Assembly: GCA_044359815.1 (NCBI GenBank) | Contig: JBIKLL010000044.1 | Location: 1 to 21,688 of the forward strand | DNA length: 21,688 nt | From: Pseudobdellovibrionaceae bacterium | GTDB lineage: Bacteria; Bdellovibrionota; Bdellovibrionia; Bdellovibrionales; Bdellovibrionaceae | Direction: 5' to 3' | Shown here: piece after piece, positions 1 through 8,110 of the stretch | Layout of the letters: each line of letters opens with the position of its first letter | How positions within the stretch are numbered: the first letter of the stretch is position 1 | Translations under genes and position numbers: made by a program | The notes under the pieces: generated by a model | Databases searched by the model: none | The model's input: the letters and a program-made list of their open reading frames with translations, nothing else | What the model was told of the DNA's origin: nothing

Positions 1-120
1 GTGCGCTCGGGGCAGCTTGTGCAGTTGGCAAAGTAAAAGAATTCAATGATGGCAATGCTGACACTGCGGTTTGCATGGCGCCGGTTACTGCGTCTGCCAT
101 GCCTTTTGGAAACTGCGGCA
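1..120. repeat. Direct repeat, copy 1 (matches 4339-4458)
   Basis: 119/120 identical to 4339-4458 (G80 vs A4418). Probably extends beyond the window start. Confidence 0.97.
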
Positions 121-830
121 CCGGTACTATTTGTTTTATTTTTTGTTTTGGGACGATTTGTTTTCTGTATTTATAGTGAGGGCCTAGCACCCCGTGAAAC
201 CTAGTCAAATGCACCCTTGGCCTTGGCACCAGTGCTGCCAGTCTTTCCATTAGTTCCAGTGGCGTAAGTCTGATTGCAACGGTGCCGTCGTCCCAAGGTT
301 TTTTGAATTTGTAGATCACTTCCCCAGTTGCATTGGTGAAGAGTCTGTTTTCTGCAATAGCAGGACGGGCTATGTATCTGCAAATCCGTTCTAGTTTTTC
401 TCTTTCATCGGCAAGGCATGCAACTCCGGCATGCAGGGAAAATCCTGAACTTGCCACCACTAATCCTGACTTTGAGTTATGGTCACCATCGGATATGGTT
501 TTTAACACCAAGGCTTTTTTGCCTTTGGATTTACCTGTGGCAAATCTGTAAGTGACAGAGCTTGCTTGTAGTCTTGAAAATGTGTCTTCTTCATCGATTG
601 GCAGTTGGAAGTTTGCTTCGTCTTTGATGATGATTTTTTGTCGTTCCAAATAGCGTGTTAGTTTTTTTGATTATTTGCATGAGCACTTGATCCAGCTCCG
701 CACTAGTTGGTGGATCACATCTGATGAAATCAGAGGGTTCGTTGTTTTCACTGATTGCATAAGCGCCATCGATGAAGAGCTGATGGAAGTGAACATTGAG
801 ATTGAGACTTCCCCCGAATCTTTGAATCAG
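121..830 (-). mobile_element. IS91/ISCR-family rolling-circle (HUH) transposase remnant; 5'-truncated, one frameshift, C-terminus replaced
   Basis: Manual minus-strand translation: LIQRFGGSLNLNVHFHQLFIDGAY (HUH motif)...LQASSVTYRFATG...GFSLHAGV...EKLERICRYIARPAIAENRL...KKPWDDGTVAIRLTPLELMERLAALVPRPRVHLTRFHGVLGP. One extra base in the T7 run at 662-668 shifts the frame. The downstream frame runs off the window start, so the ORF track misses it. Confidence 0.93.
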
Positions 831-1019
831 CCTTTTTCTAAATTTGTTATTCTTGATTTTCTATTCCCAGGGACCACCAGAACAAAATCGTAGTCACTGT
901 CTTTATGAGACGTGCCATTCGCCCTGGAACCAAATAGGAAAAGCCTGGAAGGACGTAAATTCTGCCTTCAGCACTTCCACGATATGGTTCAATTTCTTAT
1001 CTACTTTTTTTGATCCCAT
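827..1019 (-). pseudogene. Minimal nucleotidyltransferase (MNT/MntA-like antitoxin) pseudogene
   Basis: MGSKKVDKKLNHIVEVLKAE, then a +1 shift near 956-959, then RPSRLFLFGSRANGTSHKDSDYDFVLVVPGNRKSRITNLEK, which carries the GS-x10-DxD motif. It is cut off where it abuts the transposase remnant. Confidence 0.82.
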
Positions 1020-1460
1020 AAGATTCCGTATTACCCAACTGAGGAACTTTGTCAAAATCAGAGCCCATTGTGACCACCAATATGACCCAGTCATGGCTAA
1101 AAACGACATCTAATATTGATAAATATTGATTTTAACCACTCAATCAGACAACGACAAAAGGGCCAAGGATTTGAAAATGAATTTGAATTTTGGAAAACAA
1201 AATATTTCTATTCTGTATCCGCTCATCGGCTTTTTTCTTGTATCTTGCGCTGTGATCTGCCATCCAATGCTGAGGCGGATACGCTCCTTAATTTTCTAAA
1301 ATGCGTTCAAAAAAAGTACACAGGCCTAAGTTCTTGGGTCAACTTTAGTCCAGTTCTAAATATTTCATAATAAAGATCAATTCAGAATAATCCGATTAAA
1401 TTCCTAGGAATAGGTTGAGCTAAAAAGTCACTCGAACCCAAAACCCAAATGGAGCCACAT

Positions 1461-2606
1461 ATGAAAATCAATCAAGTTTGCTATCAAAATGGTAAATGGG
1501 ACAAAAAAATTCCCAGTGATCTGAATTCAAAAAATACACTTTGCTTTGCTTTCTTTGGTCCGGATGCTGTTATTGAAAAAGGTGTCACTGACTTAAAAAA
1601 ATCCTTTCCAGATTCCATGATTGTTGGATGCAGTGGTGCTGGTGAAATTTTAGGCACAAATCTAAGCGATCAATCCATGATTGTGACCGTCGCCAAATTT
1701 GAAAATTCAAAAATCAAAACTTTTCGAACCGAAATTTCATCTGCAGATAAATCATTTGCTGCAGGCGAATCTTTGGCAAAAAATTTTGATAAAAAGGATT
1801 TAAAAGCGGTTTATATTTTAAGTGAAGGTTTATTGGTAAACGGAACTGACTTAGTCAAAGGACTTCGAAATGTCCTGCCAGCAGATGTTGTCGTTTCTGG
1901 TGGACTTGCAGGCGATGGCACCCGTTTTAAAACAACTAAAATTTTATTTGATGACCAAGTACAATCCAAAGTGACCGTAGCGATTGGTTTTTACGGGGAT
2001 GAAATAACAGTCGTGTCGGGCTCAAAGGGCGGTTGGATTCCGTTTGGTCCAGAACGAAAAGTGACTAATTCTGAAGGTAACACCTTATTCACAATTGACG
2101 ATAAGCCAGCACTAACACTTTACAAAGAATTTTTGGGAAACAGTGCTGCTAATTTACCTGCATCTGCCCTTAATTTCCCACTTGAAATTCAAGAAACTAT
2201 TAACGGAAAAAGTTTTGGCATTGTGCGAACAATTTTAAGCGTAGATGAATTGAATAAAACCATGACCTTTGCCGGTGATATCCCTAAAGGAAAAATTGTT
2301 CGACTGATGCGTTCAACCCAAAAAAGTTTGGTTGAAGCTGCTACGAATTGCGCTCAAGGATTGCAAAATGAAATTTCTGATAAAACACCGGTATTAAGCT
2401 TGATCGTTTCCTGTGTGGGTCGAAGACTTGTGATGGGTTCTGGAACCGAGGACGAAATTGAATCTGTGTTTAGCATGCTGCCAAAAGGATCTATACAAAC
2501 TGGATTTTATTCTTATGGTGAATTGGCGCCTGACCAATCAGGCTTTTGTGATTTGCACAATCAAACAATGACAATCACCTGGATCCAAGAAAATAAGTCG
2601 GCATAA
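1461..2606 (+). CDS. FIST N/C domain sensory protein (NosP-like)
   Basis: Motifs GCSGAGEI, GGLAGDG, GWIPFGPERKVT, SCVGRRLV and GFYSYGELAP...LHNQTMTIT. GGAG at 1451 favours ATG 1461 over 1449. Confidence 0.9.
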   Translation: MKINQVCYQNGKWDKKIPSDLNSKNTLCFAFFGPDAVIEKGVTDLKKSFPDSMIVGCSGAGEILGTNLSDQSMIVTVAKFENSKIKTFRTEISSADKSFAAGESLAKNFDKKDLKAVYILSEGLLVNGTDLVKGLRNVLPADVVVSGGLAGDGTRFKTTKILFDDQVQSKVTVAIGFYGDEITVVSGSKGGWIPFGPERKVTNSEGNTLFTIDDKPALTLYKEFLGNSAANLPASALNFPLEIQETINGKSFGIVRTILSVDELNKTMTFAGDIPKGKIVRLMRSTQKSLVEAATNCAQGLQNEISDKTPVLSLIVSCVGRRLVMGSGTEDEIESVFSMLPKGSIQTGFYSYGELAPDQSGFCDLHNQTMTITWIQENKSA

Positions 2607-3940
2607 TGACAAATAAACGAACCCTTCTTCAAAAGTTTTTAGCAAAATCAAATCTAGCGGCTGATGTTGCGCCAAAAGCTGTTGAGGAATGGTCGCGATT
2701 TTTAAATTTAGTTAACAATCAGTTTTTGGATTTCGAAAAACGCCAAGATTTGCTTGAAAATACTTTGGCCGCATCTTCAAGCGAAATGGAAAGACTATAT
2801 ACTGAATTAAAATTGGCTGCAGAAAAAGAAAAGGAAAACAACCTTCATAAATTCGAAGTACTTTTTGATTTTTCCCCTTTGCCATTTATGTTTTTTGATG
2901 AAAATGGAATACTTGACTGCAACAAAGCAACCATCGACATCCTTGGTGGCAAAAACAAAACGGATATAATATCAAGGCATCCATCGGTTTTTTCTCCTGA
3001 GCATCAGCCCGACGGCCGTAATTCACAGGAAAAATCAATTGAAATGGATAGGCTGGCTCGTGAAAAAGGATTTCACCGTTTTGAATGGACCCAAAGAAGC
3101 CTTGATGGCAAAGAGTTTCCAGTCGAAGTCAGCATTTCTGCCGCCAGTTTTGACGAAAAAACCATTTTAATGGTTGTCTGGCGGGATTTATCAGAGATCA
3201 AAGAAAAAGATCAAATGCTTTTGCATTCATCAAAAATGTCTTCATTGGGCGAGATGGCCGGCGGTGTGGCCCACGAAATTAATAATCCCCTTGGAGTCAT
3301 TCTGGGAAAAGCAGACTTGATATTAAAAAAAATAGAATCCGGAACCTACACAAATGAATATGGGATAAGACAAATCAGCAAAATCATAGAAATGTCCGAG
3401 CGGATTACAAAAATAGTTAAAGGTCTAAAATCTTTTTCAAGAAACGCAGAAGGCGATCCCTTTTTACCAACGGAACTTAATTCGATTATCATCAACGTAT
3501 TGTCCTTGTGCGAAGAAAAATACAAAACAAATGCAATAAAAGTTGATGTTATCGTGGACAAAAATATTGTTATCGAATGTCGAAGCACCCAGATTGAGCA
3601 AGTTTTGCTAAACCTATTGAACAATTCAAGTGACGCCATTGAAAACACCCAGGAAAAATGGGTTCGCATTGAAGCCTTGGATTTAGGAGAATCAATTCAA
3701 ATTTTCGTAACCGACAGCGGCGGCGGAATCCCACCCCAAGTAGTTCAAAAATTAATGCAGCCCTTTTTTACAACAAAAGGCATCGTCCAAGGAACCGGCT
3801 TGGGTTTAAGTATTTCAAAAGGAATTATCGAAACCCACCACGGTAAATTTTTCTACGATCCAAAATCCAAAAACACACGCTTCGTCATCGAAATCCCAAA
3901 ATCCCAATCAAACTTAGGTCAAACGCCAAAAGCAGCTTAA
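2606..3940 (+). CDS. Cytoplasmic PAS-domain sensor histidine kinase
   Basis: H-box AHEINNPL, N-box QVLLNLLNNSSDA, G1 DSGGGIP, F-box PFFTTK, G2 GTGLGLSIS and a PAS region. The start overlaps the FIST stop (TAATG). Confidence 0.93.
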   Translation: MTNKRTLLQKFLAKSNLAADVAPKAVEEWSRFLNLVNNQFLDFEKRQDLLENTLAASSSEMERLYTELKLAAEKEKENNLHKFEVLFDFSPLPFMFFDENGILDCNKATIDILGGKNKTDIISRHPSVFSPEHQPDGRNSQEKSIEMDRLAREKGFHRFEWTQRSLDGKEFPVEVSISAASFDEKTILMVVWRDLSEIKEKDQMLLHSSKMSSLGEMAGGVAHEINNPLGVILGKADLILKKIESGTYTNEYGIRQISKIIEMSERITKIVKGLKSFSRNAEGDPFLPTELNSIIINVLSLCEEKYKTNAIKVDVIVDKNIVIECRSTQIEQVLLNLLNNSSDAIENTQEKWVRIEALDLGESIQIFVTDSGGGIPPQVVQKLMQPFFTTKGIVQGTGLGLSISKGIIETHHGKFFYDPKSKNTRFVIEIPKSQSNLGQTPKAA

Positions 3941-4024
3941 GCCTGAAACTAAAATCAAAATTAGCAGGGAAAAGCAAGAGCCCGCCAAAAAACAAAAGTA
4001 CTAAAATGGGTTAGTTTGTTTTAA

Positions 4025-4483
4025 CTATGCTGCGGCTTCTAGATTGCCGTAGTTTACTACTTCGTGACATTTGAATTTGAATTGTTGGCCGTGTTTGCTT
4101 TTGAAACTTAAAATTAATCCTAGATTTCCTACTAGGATTTCCACGGGTTTTTGTTCCACACCCAATGGAGGATTTGTGTAACAATGAAAAGCTAAATGGG
4201 GGCCTTCGACGCCGATCACTTTTGCCTATGGGCCTATGCCTTCGAAATCTATTACTACGTTCATTAATTTCATTAAATCAAATGTGTGTTCTCCGGTTTT
4301 TGCTACCGCTGAAGTTTGCGATGCGCTGGTTGTTGGTGGTGCGCTCGGGGCAGCTTGTGCAGTTGGCAAAGTAAAAGAATTCAATGATGGCAATGCTGAC
4401 ACTGCGGTTTGCATGGCACCGGTTACTGCGTCTGCCATGCCTTTTGGAAACTGCGGCAAATGAAATTTACCTGTTTGGGTCAA
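4025..4483 (-). pseudogene. Hypothetical gene interrupted by an in-frame TAG
   Basis: ORFs 4226-4483 and 4025-4219 are in the same frame and read ...EGIGP*AKVIGVEGPHL...NLEAAA (TAG at 4226-4228). Part of it is duplicated at 1-120. Confidence 0.6.
4339..4458. repeat. Direct repeat, copy 2
   Basis: 119/120 identical to 1-120. Confidence 0.97.
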
Positions 4484-4935
4484 TAGGTTCCTAAGACATT
4501 CGAGATGTCACCATCGGCAGGATTTTTTTTCAAACAAAGGTTGAAATTCTATGACATACAAAATTGGTGGTGTAAACCCGAGTTCGCGGATCGTAAAACA
4601 TACCAAGGTAAAGCTGCTACCAAAGAGAGTGGACAGGACTCGGGTTCAAACGAATCAATGATGAATGCGTTCGCATGAGAATTGCTACGAGTACTTTGAG
4701 GATCGACGAACAAAAGCCTCAAAGCGAGACGCCGCAACGGATGGGATCAGCTCCATCACCATAGATCACCACAAAAGTGATTAGGTCCTGCAGTTCAAAA
4801 ATGATTGGCATCTTTGGTTGTCAGACAGGCAGAAGTAGTGGGCAAGATCGAGGAAGTTTTTATCCACAGGTAAAACTATTACGTCGCAAGGAAGCAAGTT
4901 CGAAATTCAACAAAGTATTTGGCCTTTTAAGAAAT

Positions 4936-5082
4936 TGGTTGCGGGGGCAGGATTTGAACCAGTCGGCGTGCCGCCGACGTCACTCAAGCAAAAGGGCCAA
5001 GCCCTTTTGCCTTCGTTCCATGCTCGTCATCAAAATGTGCCTCAGGCACATTTTGCCGCCGGCACAACTTCGGGTTATGAGC
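4936..5082 (-). pseudogene. Duplicated 3' half of tRNA-fMet (att-like fragment) interrupted by a hairpin insert
   Basis: 4934-4960 equals 5277-5303 and 5068-5082 equals 5310-5324. The 6 intervening tRNA bases are replaced by 107 nt. Confidence 0.85.
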
Positions 5083-5134
5083 GGGGCTCCGACAAAAACC
5101 CCAAGCTCAAAGATTCACCCCTTACCCACGCACA

Positions 5135-5278
5135 AACCAATCAATACAATTGAGCAAAGATGAGGCGGACGAATCTAGCGACTGAGGCGTGGTTACTGCC
5201 ACGTCAATTCAAAGTGCCGGGGGCACTTTGAGGAAGCGACGATGAAGTCCAACGATATATTTGCTCAATTGTATTGAT

Positions 5279-5283
<5 letters not shown>
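5135..5283. repeat. MITE-like palindromic element with 24-bp perfect terminal inverted repeats
   Basis: AACCAATCAATACAATTGAGCAAA (5135-5158) is the reverse complement of 5260-5283. There is an internal hairpin at 5209-5231. Confidence 0.8.
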
Positions 5284-5355
<72 letters not shown>

Positions 5356-5473
5356 TCAGATTTAATTAGCCCGCAATATAGAAAGCCCGCCTTTAAAGGT
5401 CAACTAAAGTCTTCACAAATCTGCCTTGTGCTTATTTAATAGGAATTAAGCAAACTAATTACAAAGGATTGCA

Positions 5474-6268
5474 ATGAAACAGCTTTCGATCGTTTTGCTG
5501 ATGTTCTGGATTTCACTGTCATCGCAGGCCCATACTATAAAACGAAATCCTGACGGCACCAAGGCATTGCAGGTGATTTTTTTTGACTCTCAGAATCTAA
5601 ATTTACGTTTTGAGGTTGAAAACGCCGATTTGCAAAATCTTGAATGGATTCAGATTGTCCAACCGGCACTGCCGTTTTTATGTCAGCTCAGTTATCAAAA
5701 TCGCCAACGGGGTGCCGATGTGCAGTTCAGTTTGGATTTTTCGGGGATCACTTGCACCCAGAGTTTGCTAAAATTTATTTATAAAGGTGATTTGTTAATT
5801 CAGTATCGCAAAGCCGGAGGCTCGGTACAAACCTTAACTTTGAACGAACCGTTTTTGAACGAATGCTCAAGTATCGAAAGTTGCGAAGATCTAAACCCCT
5901 TGACGGCAAAAGTTCCCTTGAAAAACGCAAACTTAAAGCTTGAGTCTTTAGCCGATAAAACTCTTCGATTTATGGACACAAATACTGAAAAAATTTGGGG
6001 TTGGGATTTGCAGTACGATGTCGATTTGCAATCAGCTTATTTGTTATGTGGGCAAACTTTGGGTCGTGATTTTAAACTGCCTGCTATCGATGACCTGATG
6101 GCAACACCCCAGTTGGCATTTGTTTTTGAAGCTTTGCAATTATCGGGTAATTACTGGACATCGACCACCACTGGTAACCCTAAAATGGCGTGGGTGTTTA
6201 ATCCCAACAGTATTTCCTTAGTGCCCATCACAGCTCGAAACAAAGTTCTCTGTCTTAAAAAACTTTAA
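5474..6268 (+). CDS. Secreted hypothetical protein with a possible DUF1566/Lcl-like C-terminal domain
   Basis: Signal peptide (MKQLSIVLLMFWISLSSQA) and AAGGA RBS. The C-terminal FKLPAIDDL...YWTST...AWVF...VLCLK resembles the WRLPTxxEL/YWSST/AW pattern. Confidence 0.7.
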   Translation: MKQLSIVLLMFWISLSSQAHTIKRNPDGTKALQVIFFDSQNLNLRFEVENADLQNLEWIQIVQPALPFLCQLSYQNRQRGADVQFSLDFSGITCTQSLLKFIYKGDLLIQYRKAGGSVQTLTLNEPFLNECSSIESCEDLNPLTAKVPLKNANLKLESLADKTLRFMDTNTEKIWGWDLQYDVDLQSAYLLCGQTLGRDFKLPAIDDLMATPQLAFVFEALQLSGNYWTSTTTGNPKMAWVFNPNSISLVPITARNKVLCLKKL

Positions 6269-6906
6269 AAATCGATGGCCAATGATTTCATAGGCACAAT
6301 AACGTCTTTGATGTCTTTAGGGCCTAAATAAATAAATTTTTCTTTTTCATCAAAAGCAAAGGGCAAAAATCCAGTGTTGGGCATTCGAAAACTTGTAATT
6401 AAATCCGGCGCCACATAGTGAATAAAAGTTCTGATCAATAAACCATGGGCCACAAAACCCACTGTTTCATTATTTGATTTCAACAGATGCTGTATCAGCG
6501 TTTTTTGAGTGCGCTTTAATAATTCGCCGCGGGTTTCACCGTTAGGAAATTTCAGATTAAGCATTTTTTGCGCATCGTTTGAAGCCCAGGCTTCAACAAA
6601 ATCTCGTCCCAACCAAGGTTCGACCTCGTTCCAGGTTCGGCCTTCTCCTTCGCCTAAATTAATTTCTCTGATTCCGGGATCAGTGACCACGGGAACTTTT
6701 AAATTTGCTGCGATCATGGCGGTTTCGTTGGCTCGGGTCAGGTCGCTTGAAACAAATTTTTTGATCCCCAAAGTCGCCACCCACGGGATCAATGTTTTGG
6801 CTTGATTACGACCGGTTTCGTTTAGCGGGATGTTTGAATGACCCTGCAATCGGTGCTGCAAATTCCATTCTGTTTCGGCGTGTCTGATTAAAAAAAATAA
6901 TCCCAT
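6265..6906 (-). CDS. Histidine phosphatase (phosphoglycerate mutase-like) family protein
   Basis: LIRHAETEWN, SSDLTRA, REINLGEGEG and VAHG motifs. ATG 6906 is preferred over TTG 6921. Confidence 0.9.
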   Translation of the reverse strand: MGLFFLIRHAETEWNLQHRLQGHSNIPLNETGRNQAKTLIPWVATLGIKKFVSSDLTRANETAMIAANLKVPVVTDPGIREINLGEGEGRTWNEVEPWLGRDFVEAWASNDAQKMLNLKFPNGETRGELLKRTQKTLIQHLLKSNNETVGFVAHGLLIRTFIHYVAPDLITSFRMPNTGFLPFAFDEKEKFIYLGPKDIKDVIVPMKSLAIDF

Positions 6907-7033
6907 ATGTAGAGTCTTCAATTAAAGACAAAAATTAGCAAGGCCTAGGTCTGAAAAATTAAGTCTAAGGTCGAAAATATGAACCAGGGCCAGCAGAATT
7001 TTTAAGCAAAGCGATCTAAACTAATCACTGACT

Positions 7034-8011
7034 ATGGGTGAATCTTTTGTACCTATTCAAAGTTTAGACATCGAAGCCGAAAGTAGAATTACTTTCGATC
7101 TTTTTATCAATCTGCCACTGAACAATAAATATATTTTGTACAGGCGGGCAGGGGGATCGCTGGAAGCTCAAAAGCTTGAAACATTCGCCGAGCGAAATCT
7201 GATCAGCTTTTTTATCAATAAAAAAGACTACGCAGAATTTGTTAAATACGTAGCCAACAGAATGAAAGCGTTGGTTACAACTGACGACCAAGAAGAAAAT
7301 AAAAAAATGATGATTCAGGCCGCAAAATCGATTTTGTCGTCCACATTTGCTGCCAGTGATTCGGCAACGACAGAAGCATTGATGGGAAGCCTGAATGATA
7401 TTTGCGGGAATGTGATTGAATCGGTGATGGAAGCAAGCCTTGAAAGCAAAGGTAAAAAACTTTATCGAAATCTGGTCGAACTGGCTTCCAGGGGAACAGA
7501 TTTTCAACGTCATCCAGTGAATGTGGCATCCATTGCTGTGATGTTGACCTGTGGAATCGGTTACACCAATGACAAGATTTTAGCTGACGTTGCCATGGCA
7601 GCCCTTCTGCATGATGTGGGATTGTCCCGGGTTCCGCCCAGACTGATTCCCTACGCACACCGGGTGCAAGAGCTCAATGTGCAGGACAAGCGTTTGATTT
7701 TTGCACATCCGCGACTGACCCTTGAGATTTTGCAAGACAAAGGCATATCGCTGTCGTTTATGGCAAAAACCATCATTTTACAGCATCACGAGGAATACGG
7801 CGGTGGAGGTTATCCCAACGGAGTTCGAGGATTTAACCTTAATGAACTGGCGCAATTGGTAAAAATTGCTGACGAAATAGACAATATGTTTTCACAGGGC
7901 CACACCGAGCGCACTTTGCGCGAACGATTGGTGGATTATCTGAATGATGCACGTTTATCCAAGACAATCGATCCATTTTTGTTGGACAGGATTCGCGGAG
8001 TTCTGCTGTAA
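7034..8011 (+). CDS. HD-GYP domain protein (putative c-di-GMP phosphodiesterase)
   Basis: AALLHDVG and QHHEEYGGGGYPNG motifs. Confidence 0.85.
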   Translation: MGESFVPIQSLDIEAESRITFDLFINLPLNNKYILYRRAGGSLEAQKLETFAERNLISFFINKKDYAEFVKYVANRMKALVTTDDQEENKKMMIQAAKSILSSTFAASDSATTEALMGSLNDICGNVIESVMEASLESKGKKLYRNLVELASRGTDFQRHPVNVASIAVMLTCGIGYTNDKILADVAMAALLHDVGLSRVPPRLIPYAHRVQELNVQDKRLIFAHPRLTLEILQDKGISLSFMAKTIILQHHEEYGGGGYPNGVRGFNLNELAQLVKIADEIDNMFSQGHTERTLRERLVDYLNDARLSKTIDPFLLDRIRGVLL

Positions 8012-8110
8012 AATTAGCCATCTGACCGTGCGCAAAAAAAACAAAAATTTTGACTGCATTTCCATTCATAAAGTACCTCATTAGGTTCATTTAACTAATT
8101 AGGAGAATTC

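Noticed and set aside
201..1370. Short ORFs at 201-383, 333-551, 675-893, 844-1113 and 1116-1370
   Set aside because: They are shadow or off-frame readings of the transposase and MNT remnants, or non-coding DNA.
4860..4868. Chromosomal oriC
   Set aside because: Only one DnaA box was noticed, with no box cluster or dnaA/gidA context.
4961..5067. Insert as a self-splicing tRNA intron
   Set aside because: It is too short for a group I/II intron, and the host copy lacks the 5' half of the tRNA.
4777..5163. ORFs 4777-5163 and 4935-5153
   Set aside because: They are antisense readings across the tRNA fragment and hairpins, with no protein-like features.
5474..6268. DUF1566-like protein as a DGR target
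   Set aside because: No template repeat of its 3' end and no RT were seen.
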